Shown one piece after another: positions 10,197-21,279 of a DNA stretch of 64,000 nt. A program made the position numbers and the translations under genes. The first letter of the stretch is position 1. Each line of letters begins with the position of its first letter. The notes beneath the pieces were generated by a model. The model searched no databases. It had not been told where the DNA came from and saw only the letters and a list, made by a program, of their open reading frames with translations. Location: assembly GCA_043228905.1 (NCBI GenBank), contig JBHGNT010000029.1, positions 310,701 through 374,700 on the forward strand, written 5' to 3'. The stretch is from Azolla caroliniana (lineage: Eukaryota; Plantae; Polypodiophyta).

Positions 10197-12329
10197 TAAA
10201 TAACTGTCATGTTATTGTAGAATCTTGTGGATTAAGGACGACACATGATGTGTCTGGTGCTGATGATGCTGCAACAGATGAGGATACTACTGCCAATGTG
10301 GCTGAAAGTAAGAGTCTTGCTATCACATCTCCTTCAGATCAGCTCCACCCTATTCTTTTGGAACAGTGTACTGAATTAGGCAACGATGTGAAATGCCATG
10401 AAATAGTGGAAACAACATGTAAAACTGAGGTTCACAACAACAGTGCTTATGAACACTTGATGCAACATTTCTTCGAGTCTCAAGACCTTGATTCCACCCG
10501 ACCGAGCCCAACTACTGAAAATGTCCAAACAGATCCCTCTGTACTTGAAAAGCTAGTTCAAGAAACGACTGATGTGCAATTAGCTGCTGAGGTGATGGGA
10601 AGGTTGTCGGAGGAGGACACACTTGCGCATTGGGTGAAAGAAGCAAGGCTAAATGGGGAACCAACCAGAAAAAGGCTGAAGAAGGGGCCACGATCGGGAA
10701 TAAGACCAGTTACTCGGTCAAGGGGCCCAGACGTAGTGGAGCGAAATACTGTTTAGTTGGATATGATTGTTAGCTTAGGGATTTTGCTAGGGTTTTATGA
10801 AGTTTTACTATCCTGTTGGACAAGTAAAACCTCAGATTGGTTGTTGCTTGATCCACATTATGTAATGGAACTCTATGATGTTTTTCCAAGATAATTTGAA
10901 GAGTGTTGTTCTATGACTGAAACTCTTTGATGTTCAGGATATTGTTTTGTGAGACTATTAGTTACTTTGTGAGTGTGAATATGTTGGTGTTTTCTGATGT
11001 TGCAGAGTCTAAAGGGTTTGATTCTATTGCTCGTAAGGCCAATGGCAGTGTGGATACTGTTGATGTTGCGGCATGTTTAAAGGGCCCCATCTTGAAAGTA
11101 GATGTAGCAACTGACACAAGTGATCTGGTCACACAAGTTGATCAAGCATGTAGCACAGATGACTTGGTGTTGCAGGAAGATGCAGCATGTGATACCAGTG
11201 GACTGATATCGAGCAGATCAGTAGCTACATGCACTGAGGTAATCCAAGGATTGATAACTAAGTCGACAAAACAAGAGCACCAGAATGTGAAGCTAGGCCC
11301 AACACAGTCAACTAGGGGTTTAAAGAGGAAAAGGACGCCAGTTGTGTCAGCCGAACCTGAGCTGATTGAGATTGATCGTATCCTACCAGAAAATGGTGTA
11401 ACAGCGGCTCAGTTTCAGGAATGGAAACCTAAACCACTAGAAGTCGAAAGAAGAGCCTTGATCTTGGAGCTTGATAAAGTCTTGATGAGTGTGAGATATA
11501 GGCAGCTAAGGAGGGACGCAAATCAGTTTCTAGAGTGGGCTGTGGAATACTTTGATTTGTTTATTTGGAGTGAAAAACCAAAATCAGATGTGTGGAAGTG
11601 TTTGGCAAGATTCTTCCCAAAATGGCGAAGTCGTTTTAAAGGTCAATGGGCACGAGAAAATTGTGAGCAAATGGAAGCTGCAAGATTCAAGAGACTTTCT
11701 GATTTTTGGGCTACTTGGCCTGAATATAATGCCGACAATACATTGATTTTGGATACAGAACATTTCCGACACTACTTCAATATTCGGAGATGCTGTCTCA
11801 TTCTACTCGAGGAAATGCCTGAACAGTACCTGGTGCAAATAGTGAGCTGCCAACTAGGTGCATGGTTGTGGACTCCATACCGAGCTCGATATGCGGATAA
11901 TATATGTAGACTCGTTCCACTGACTAGCAAGAGCTTAGCTGTTTATAGGAGATTTGTAGACATTTCCAATGGTAATTTATAAATATGTAAAGAGATGGCA
12001 TTATTCAATGAAGAATTTAATTACTTGTTCCCAATGTACTTATCTACTGTGTAATTTGAGGAATATGTTGCAGATTGTTGATTTCATGCTATTGATGACT
12101 ATTTAGCTATTGACAGTTAATTAGCTGCATTTGTACAGCTAATTAGCTACTGATGACTATTTTGCTATAACTTATAACTTAAAACTTAACAAAAAAGACA
12201 TGATTTTATTGAGAAAGAAGCACAGAAAGCAGACTGTATACAAGAAATTGATCCCAAACGAATTTATTTAACTGTTTTCGCGAAATACATGTTTGTTTTA
12301 CAAGAGAACATGGTAAGTGCTACTTGTAG

Positions 12330-15300
12330 CTACAAATTCCATGGCATACTATTGTAAATACATTCATACACATTAGCACCAACAGTGTATAAACCGGAGC
12401 AGCTATTGTATTCTGACATTGGGACGTTGATGCACCTGACCAAATGAGAGTACATATACGCCACTGGTTTGTCTTCTAACAGCCTGTACACATATTCGTA
12501 GTCATCTAGTTTTGTATAAAAAATGCCTTCGATGTAGAATGTCCCGGCACATACAAAATTTCCCCATGCATCTACAATATTCTGCCTTGCACACTGTTTA
12601 CTAACCGTGCACTTTAATATATAGAAATCAGCACCCTCTGAATTGCCTTCTTCAGCATTTACAACGAAGTTATCCCCAACGTTTAGGACATCACTCAAAG
12701 TATCTCCAAGTCCCTCATATGTGAAGTCAGCATTCTGCCCTGTTTCTCCATCAACTGCTTCCTTATCATTCAGAGTGTGATACTCCCAATTCTGAATGTA
12801 TGCTTTGTTTAGACAATATCTCCAATTTCCCTACACACAATGGAAGCAAAAACAAGTCAATTCTCTAACCGCAATACAATGACCATCCAACCTGGAATAA
12901 CCACGAACAGCATGCAGAGATCGCAATTCGGGAATTCCTTGGCACTCCCAAGTCTTCTCCCTATTTACTTCATCTATCTTCACTTCCCAAAATTCACGTT
13001 TGATATCTCGGACTTGCGAGGAATAAACACCTGTGGCACTCGTTGACATATTTGTTCTTAAAAATTCAACTACATGTGATGCACAATTCATGTGCACACC
13101 ATCTGTCTTTAGTTGTTCATGGGTAAGTGCCCGCTTTATAACAGCCCCTGCACCATCATGTTCACCTTTACCATGGCCAGACCCAAAAAAATTCCATCTC
13201 ATCTCCAAACCTGTTATAGCAGGATACCTCCCCACAAAATAAAATGGACGTCGAGCCTTGAATTGTGACGCAGCTCCGTCAGACCAGACCCAATGTTGAG
13301 TAAGCTCCAAACGTTGAGCTAATAACCACTGCCAATGTAACTTAAAACAGTGTTGGACAAACAAGGTATCATGCTTCTTATCATCGGAAATAAAGAAATG
13401 AATTACTTTTTTAAGATCACCTGAAACTCGAAAATATGTTATGTGCACAAAAATGGTTACCTGAACTGAACACCAATGCATAGATTGAATTTCATTCTGC
13501 TGCTTGAAAGTATAATTCTCTGCGAAATCTACTACTGAGACTACTACATCATTTGGGAAATCAGATATGCAAGTCTTAAATTGATGGGCCTGCCATGAAT
13601 AAATGAAGTTGTGTTTAATGAACTTTCCTAGAGATACTACAAACAGAGACACCAAATCCCTTGGTTTAAGCATCTTCCGAACTAGATCCTTTCTTTTACA
13701 CACCTTTCCTTCGAAATTGGTGTTCACTGACTCAAATAACTTCACAGAGATCAATATTTCACTACTCAATTCATTTGGACACCACCTAAATCTAGTAGGG
13801 CCACAATCTTGACATAAACCCATGACACATTTATGAATATGGAAGATAGCGTCAGTTTCTCTCGAACACAATATTGAATCTAATAAATAACTCATGGAAG
13901 AGATAACGTGCTCAGATGATTTACACTCCTCTTGCGGGCTTGATCGACAGATTGGGCACCCACATGTGCAAACTGTATTAGTTAGGGATGCGCTATGGTG
14001 ACGTAGTAGATTAACAGAGTCCTTCAGAAAACCCATATGTACATGGTAAATGCAACAACATGTGTATCGATCCTTTAAGCGTCTCACAAAGTGTGGCTTA
14101 AGAGACTCGAATGTTCGTAGTTGAACTTTGATAGTTGGATGCATTCGTTTGAACCTAATAAATAAATCGACCTGCATAATAAAGGGGAATTAGTTATTCT
14201 CGTAACTAGCTAACTATCCTAGTAGCTAATTAGCTATTCTAGTAGCTAATTAGCTATCATGGTAGCTAATTAGCTGTCCTAGTAGCTAATTAGTTGTCCT
14301 AGTAGCTAATTAGCTATCATGGTAGCTAATTAGCTATCATGGTAGCTAATTAGCTATCATGGTAGCTAATTAGCTATTCTAGTAGCTAATTAGCTATCAT
14401 GGTAGCTAATTAGCTGTCGTAGTAGCTAATTAGCTATGATGGTAGCTAATTAGCTGTCCTAGTAGCTAATTAGTTGTCCTAGTAGCTAATTAGCTATCAT
14501 GGTAGCTAATTAGCTGCTCTAGTAGCTAATTAGCTATCATGGTGGCTATTTAGCTTTCCTAGTAACTAATTAGCTATCATGGTAGCTAATTAGCTGGTCT
14601 AGTAGCTAATTAGCTATCATGGTAGCTAATTAGCTGGTCTAGTAGCTAATTAGCTATAATGGTGGCTAATTAGCTTTCCTAGTAACTAATTAGCTATCAT
14701 GGTAGCTAATTAGCTGGTCTAGTAGCTAATTAGTGGGTCTAGTAGCTAATTAGCTATCATGGTGGCTAATTAGCTGTCCTAGTAACTAATTAGCTATCAT
14801 GGTAGCTAATTAGCTGGTCTAGTAGCTAATTAGCTATAATGGTGGCTAATTAGCTATCCTAACTAATTAGCTATCATGGTAGCAAATTAGTTGGTCTAGT
14901 AGCTAATTAGTTATCACGGTGGCTAATTAGTTATCCTAGTAAGCTAATTAGCTATCATGGTAGCTAATTAGCTTTCCTAGTAGCTAATTAGCTGGTAATA
15001 ACGAAATAACAAACTAGCTACCATGATAGCTAACTAGCTTCCAATACAACTAATTATCTGGTAGTACCTAAATTAGCTATTGAGAATAGCTAATTAGCTA
15101 TCATGGTAGTAGCTATTGAGAGTAGCCAGTTACCTATGTAGTAGCTATCATAGTAGCTAATTAGCTATCATGGTAGCTAATTAGCTTTCCTAGTAGCTAA
15201 TTAGCTGGTAATAATGAAATAGCTAACTAGCTACCATGATAGCTAACTAGCTAGCAGTACAGCTAATTATCTGGTAGTAGCTATTGAGAGTAGCTAGTTA

Positions 15301-16179
15301 CCTATGTAGTAGCGATCCTAGTAGCTAACTGAGGTAAATGTAACTGATAAGCTAATTAGCTTTTCTGCTAACTCAGCTATTTAACTTTCCGTGTAGAGTC
15401 AAAACAAATGTTGAGATAAATGTAAATACCTGAGGTACATCAAGAAGATGAATGGGATGCTCCTCGTATTGATTTCTTCCAACACGTTTCCTGCATAAAT
15501 CCTTTTTATTGGGTGAAACCCTACTCTCATTAGTCCAAAACATTGTGATTACATCCTTGATTTCAAATGTTATGGGTGTCATTGGCTTACATCTTGTAGT
15601 TAGCTTTAGTAGACTAGTTCCTTCACCCGAGGAAATTATACGGTTCATTGTATTGTACACTGTTTTTCTACTAACACCAATTACCTTAGATAGTTCACTG
15701 ATGTTTATATCGTCAACATCACTATTAAGTAACATCATTAGACTAGACCTTTTTAAGACAAGATCATCTTTTGACCTGCTGATGGATACGAAACTATTAC
15801 GAAGATTATTTACTAAAATAGATGATATGTTTGCATTAAGACCATCACAATCAACTAAGTCCTTTATCGATGGATCATTACATATTCCATAAAGTACTAC
15901 CTTCTTTTCTTCATTGCTGATGTGCTTGGTTTGAACATTGAAATAGTCTACAACCTTTCTCTCTATGATGGTAGTCGCATTACTTACATTCTCAGCTAAA
16001 CTATCCTTACCTTTACTGAGTGTGGCTTTCGTATCCTTCAACAATTGACGATGTTTCCTTTTTTTTTCTGCCCAATAGTTTCGTATGGCTTGTTGTGTCC
16101 TGATAACATCATCCCTATCCTTATGATCATTGAGGGGTAATTCTAAACACTCTTCTTCCCCTTCCATTTGGCTGGACAT
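12330..16179 (-). pseudogene. Sola2-type DDD transposase, 2 exons (16179-15430, 14171-12330), about 863 codons, one in-frame TAG at 12831-12833
   Basis: Motifs VDFAENY..QNEIQSMHW..QVT, SDDKKHD, WSDGAASQFK, FFGSGHGKGEHDGAGAVIKR. Putative catalytic Asp codons at 13527-9, 13278-80 and 13155-7. Exon 1 has an HTH-like segment (INISELSKVIGVSRKTVY). A phase-0 GT-AG intron (14172-15429) joins LLDVPQ to VDLFIRFK. ORFs 12831-14177 and 12330-12698 share a frame, with an open stretch between them after the TAG. Confidence 0.85.
14203..15362. repeat. Array of the palindrome TAGCTAATTAGCTA filling the transposase intron
   Basis: Strict 20-bp period over about 14221-14860 (e.g. AGTAGCTAATTAGCTATCAT, GGTAGCTAATTAGCTGTCCT), degenerating toward 15362. 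Confidence 0.95.
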
Positions 16180-16514
16180 GTTAAAACCCTAGATTTCCAG
16201 AAAAAAAAACAAGTATTAAAGATGGCTATGGGCAACAACAATACACAAAAATATTCCACACAATACACAAGATTAGACACAACAATACACAAGATAATCA
16301 ATAGACAGAAAAGTTATTGCAATCCAAGACCGAACAGTAGAGGATTTCACTCCGTTGGATCCAACAGTTGAGGAGGCGATCCAAGACCGACCAATGGCAA
16401 CAACTGAGTGTAGAATGTTGCCGTTGGATGAGTGAACTCCGTCAAATTGAAATGTGGAAGCAATTAGGGACTGGACAGTAGTGGCAACTGAGTATAGAAT
16501 GATGGCAATGGAGG

Positions 16515-17085
16515 AGAGAACCCCGTCAGATTGAACAGTTACCGATGATGCTTGAAACGCACATAGAAGGCACTTGAGAATAGAGTGGCACAGAGAAGAG
16601 AACCCCGTCAGATTGAACAGTTACCAATGATGCTTGAAACGCACAGTAGCGGCCCCTGAGTGAGAGTGGAAAAGAGAAGAGAACCCCGTCAGATTGAATA
16701 GCTCTTTGATTATGCTTGGAACGCACAGCAACAACCCCTGAGTGTAGAGTGGCAAAGAGAAGAGAACCCCGTCAGATTGAACAGCTCTTTGATGATGCTT
16801 GGAACGCACAGCAGCGGCCCCTGAGTGTAGAGTGGCACAAAGAAGAGAACCCCGTCAGATTGAACAGCTCTTTGATGATGCTTGGAATGCACAGTAATGG
16901 CCCCTGAGTGTAGAGTGGCACAGAGAAGAGAACCCCGTCAGATTGAACAGCTCTTTGATGATGCTTGGAATGCACAATAGTGGCCCCTGAGTGTAGAGTG
17001 TCACAGAGAAGAGAACCCCGTCAGATTGAGCAGCTCTTTGATGATGCTTGGAACGCACAGTAGCGGCCCCTCAGTGTAGAGTGGC
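16515..17085. repeat. 83-bp tandem repeat (~7 units) upstream of the transposase
   Basis: Unit GAGAAGAGAACCCCGTCAGATTGAACAGCTCTTTGATGATGCTTGGAACGCACAGTAGCGGCCCCTGAGTGTAGAGTGGCACA. The period is also visible in ORF starts at 16726, 16809, 16892, 16975 and 17058. Confidence 0.95.
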
Positions 17086-17413
17086 GGCAGGTGGACTCGA
17101 TAGGGTTTAGCAACAGTGGTAGCAACTAACCCACAGTACTCAACTAGAGATGGCCTACGTGATGTGGCAAAGGATCATGCATAATGGACCTAGGAATTCG
17201 ATATATAATTTATGGTACACATTTATGGTGCACACATCAATTTATGTTGCACATTTATGGCACTCATTTACATATGTAATTAAAACACTCTAGTATTTTC
17301 AATGGTAGTTTTTTGCATACTTAATTTATTAATGATGGCTTTTTACTAAAATGACTATTTATCAATGGTAGCTTTTTGCATAGCTAATTAGCTATGTCAA
17401 GGACATAGCTAAT

Positions 17414-17438
17414 TGTTTCCACTCGTATGCTTTCACCC
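17414..17438 (-). repeat. Right terminal inverted repeat (25 bp)
   Basis: TGTTTCCACTCGTATGCTTTCACCC followed by TSD TTAT. Confidence 0.92.
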
Positions 17439-19896
17439 TTATGTTAAACAAGTGCGAGAATTTAGATAAGAGGAATACATGTGGATAGCAAGCAATTTTC
17501 TTCCTATCGAGGGAAAAACCAAAAATTGAAGGTGCCCAACAACAAATCGATGCTTCAACCAAGCGGCTCCAATGACCACTTGCTGCTGCAATCTCCCAGG
17601 CTACCTATTGCGGTCTCACAACCCTGTTTTGATACCATTGTCGTGAATCGGTGGAGTAGAGAGCCACAATGCTTCCAAGGGAGAAAACTTTGTTCAAAAT
17701 AGTAAAAACAGAAAAAACCGATGGCTGCAATATTTTTGCCTCTTTTTAACAAAGAGGTTTTGCACACCCTATAGCTAGAAAAGGGGAAAATAAAGTAAAA
17801 AATAAAAACAAGAGCATAGGCCGTTTTGACCTTTTCACACTATGTACATGTCTCTATGTACATATAACATTACATCGACTGATCAATCGTAGAAGTCGAC
17901 AGAAAGGGCGTTGTGGAGGTAGGACTCAGACTCATTGATGGTAAGGCCGAGGGGGGTGGGAGTTATGTGGAGGAGAAGAAGAGTAGGAGGAAGTGGTAGT
18001 GATGGTTTTTGGGTTTCTTCACACCTCTAAAGGTTTTTTGTCCCAAATAGGTTCACAAGCTGGTTTAGCCTAAACTGGTTTAGGGACGGTTTGGTTTGGT
18101 TCAGTGTAAGTTTGAGAACCCCAAAATTGTTTAGGCTTAACTGGTTTGGCTTGGGTAAGGCCAAACCGGTTAAGCCTAAACCGAACCATTGCCAATTCCT
18201 ATGGTTGACCAAATTTTAATGGGCTTTGAAGAGACATTAAATCTAGATCTAGTACTTAAAAACCTCACTGAAATAGTAACCCTAAGCGAAGCAATTACCC
18301 AATCCATGATGTGCAACAATTGGCTTTTTGAATCCCCCAAGAGGATTGTTCTACTATACCCCTTTCCTCATCATCAAGTTTTGGCTTTGTTGATATTAAT
18401 GACACAATAAAGCTTGCTATGAACCAATGTAAACCCATCATCCACACCATCTTGCCAACAAGCTTTGCCTTTATTATTGTGAACATGGGCATAGTGTTGG
18501 ATCTTGTGTAGTTACAACAAGAGCAAGGCAAGATTGGAGCCAAGAGGCAAGATTCGAGTGAAAAGGCAAGAGGAAAGATTCATGACAAAGGTTATGCTTA
18601 CATTCAATGCGTGGCGCGGAACTTCATAAGCTCAACTAGGGTAAAGGTCTCCCCCTCTCATAGTGATAGACATTGACTTTTTGCCTAAGGCTAATTCAAT
18701 AAATTAACAATCATTTTAGGTCAGTTGGTGAGAGCTTCTTGTACCTAATAGAAAGGTAAAGCCAAAGTTTGGAAACCGACTTCTGTTTGGTTTTCTTTGA
18801 AACATGTAAATTTCTAGGTTTTTTTGATCGGTAACATTTATGATTTGTTTTTGTACGGTAACGTCTATTTTGATGATGTTTACAGCCGTTTTCTTGGAGT
18901 TCATGATTGGTATCCAAATTTCATGTCAAACACCAGAGTTAGGCTCTTTGTCCTTTACAAGCCGTTGTCCTATAAGTTTCTCTGACATCTATCTACTGAT
19001 TAGTCTCATAACTTAGGTACGTCATTGCACAAATGAACTAAATAATGGGGTAGCTTCTTTTCGCCAGTACCAAGGATAGTGGTTGGAAAGTTGCGGTTTC
19101 GGAGATCACATTCCCGCCACAAATATAGGCCACCATTAATATTTGGAAGATCATTAATTTAAAATCTGGTTTTCCAAAATGGTGCGATAATTGGTCTTGA
19201 GAACAGATCAAATGGCATGTGTGATTGATGACCATCACAAATGTAATCCTCAATTATCATCTGTTGGTATAAGTGTTGTGCGGCTTCCTTCTTCATGAGA
19301 ATTAACAATACATGTTGGAGCGTAATGTTAAAGAATTGTTGTCTTCCCCAAGTCCATTACAAATTAATGTAGGTATGAATGAAATGGTGGGTGTGAGATG
19401 TTATATTATATGCTCCATAGTTATATTCAAACATTGAGATCAGAAGCATCATCACTTCTCCCTTGCAAGAAATGGCTTGAATGTAAGTTGACATTTTAGC
19501 CAACGGAAGTGTTGAAATGGGCAGCAATACTAACACTGAGCAGCATTCGTGCATTCATTAGTTTTGATTTCAATGTTCACAGACACTACTTATTAGTTAA
19601 CCTAACGATTTGCATCTTAAGCCCTTTTTTCAAGAATATAGCGTTGGAAAAGGTAATATATATATAATTAATGTTGTTAAATTCTCAACCTGATCTTGGG
19701 AATATTTGTGTATGTATGTGTGTGTGTGTATGCAATATTCTTCTATTGTTTTCATCTAAAGAAGAAAGGAATTGTAATGAGGCAAGCAGGGTCTCTTCCC
19801 ATCCTCCAAACTAATGAAAAATCACAGGTTTTAGAAATTCATGACTATATTTATCGAAAGAAAATTTTGAGATTTAGGTGGTGTTTGGCGGTGTCG

Positions 19897-21236
19897 CTAC
19901 AGCGTGTTTACACGGAGGCGGGAGGAACAGACATGAACAGCTTCTGCGGTGGCAAAGAAGAACCACTCTCTCCCCACCTTCTCCATCAACCCCGCCTCCT
20001 CCAATTTTCGTGCAACTCCAGCCCCCGGATTCGCCATAGCAAGCTACCACATCAATCATGTCGTTTTAAGCCTTTCTCTCTCTCTCTCTCACACACACAC
20101 TCACACGTAAATGTATGTTATGTATGTCTATATATATCTGTCTCTGCGTGTACCTGGATATTTTTGTTCTTGAGATTGGTGAGGAGATCTTCCAAGGAAT
20201 GGATGCCAGTTGTGTCAATGTTTGTCACAGCTGCACATTTAATTACAAACCATATTCCAATTTATACGACCAACACTTGTAGGAAGATGCTTACAAACTA
20301 CATACTACATTTCTTGTACATCCTAGATTCCATGTATTAATCAAGACTCAGTGATTAATTAATCGTCTGCGGCATAATCGATATGTGAACTGATCACTTC
20401 ATAAAGAGGAAATAAGACACTTACAAGACAGCTCCAAGATGAGAAATTGTATGGGAACTCCCTTTTCCTCCAGTATTGTCTCTGTCTCATCATCCACCCA
20501 TCGTAATATCCTGATGACACACATGGAATTTTTCAACATAGCCGGATTTCAAGTCACTAGATCGCTATGTGTCAGAGATGAAGAAACAAAGGGAAACGTG
20601 CTTGTTATAACTATTAAGTGAGAATTCTACCTTTCTCGAAGGTAGTTGGCATTGGAGAAATAAATGGCTGCGTCAATTCGGATAACCAAGACTCCAGGTT
20701 TCTTGACGGAGTGCGGATATTGTTCCACGTTTCTGTAAAGGCTAGTTCCTGGAATGTTCCCCAACACAGCCGTGTGTGGCCTGCTGACCTGTAGCAAGAT
20801 CTTGGCTAGAGAGAGGAGGACCTGTTTGTAAAGAGCCAGCCATCATGCTAATGCTAATAATGCTGCCTGCCTGCACACAACCTAACCGACGGCAAAGCAG
20901 AGAGAGAGAGAGAGAGTGTGTGTGTGTGTGTGTTATTGACGGTTGGTCCTAGCCTCTAGGTGGTACGATGGCTTTATGTTATCGATAAAAAAAGAAAAGA
21001 CTAGAGTGTGTAACTACTTAAAACAAGGCATTAAATGTATATAGCTTAATAATAGTAATTGATGCTGCTGCATAACCACTCCCTCACATTAACATGGAAA
21101 TGTCAACACGATGGTTAGCTATTAAAGACAGACACGAGAAGGAGTGGTAAAAAGAGAGATGTAAGTCGTAGTTAAAATCGATGCGTTGGAAGGCCTTTGG
21201 GATAACAAATTGGATGTGTGTGCGCACGAAAGGGAG

Positions 21237-21279
<43 letters not shown>

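Larger units (their letters stand above)
7566..11982 (+). pseudogene. Transposon passenger gene: unknown N-terminal domain, coiled coil, RING-H2 finger, acidic linker and FCP1/NIF-like HAD domain; one in-frame TGA at 8716-8718
   Basis: Predicted exons 7566-7594, 8220-8901, 8980-9123, 9208-9541, 10221-10307 (or to stop at 10756) and 11006-11982. All are GT-AG and phase-consistent, linking the listed ORFs at 8245, 8758, 9202, 10250 and 10927 (about 750 aa). RING C-x2-C-x17-C-x-H-x2-H-x2-C-x10-C-x3-C at 9370-9504. NIF-like ALILELDKVL..FLEW..FDLFIWS..KRLSDFW..YNADNTLILD at about 11449-11810. Confidence 0.72.
7087..17438. mobile_element. Full-length Sola2-like DNA transposon (10,352 bp) with TIRs, 4-bp TSD, transposase and passenger gene
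   Basis: Left end GGGTAAAAGCATGCGAGTGGAAACA (7087-7111). Reverse complement of right end (17414-17438) is GGGTGAAAGCATACGAGTGGAAACA, a 23/25 match. TTAT flanks both ends (7083-7086, 17439-17442). 5'-GRG termini, a 4-bp TSD and the internal DDD transposase motifs fit Sola2. Confidence 0.9.

Noticed and set aside
14203-15362. CRISPR-like appearance (palindromic repeat with variable linkers)
   Set aside because: Linkers are only ~6 bp and recur from a small set, there are no cas genes, and the array lies in a spliceosomal intron.
16515-17085. CRISPR array or repeated small ORFs (MRSKHHQRAVQSDG..)
   Set aside because: Units are near-identical over their full length with no unique spacers. The ORFs are by-products of an 83-bp period that is not a multiple of 3.
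7087-17438. piggyBac, hAT, CACTA or Mutator assignment
   Set aside because: The TSD is TTAT with GGG ends (not TTAA/CCC, 8-bp, 3-bp or 9-bp), and the transposase motifs fit Sola2.
18040-18195. GGTTT/AAACC-rich segment resembling a MITE end
   Set aside because: No partner TIR or TSD could be identified.
19696-20340. 214-aa plus-strand ORF
   Set aside because: Antisense to SULTR exons 11-12 and runs through microsatellites; no recognisable domain.
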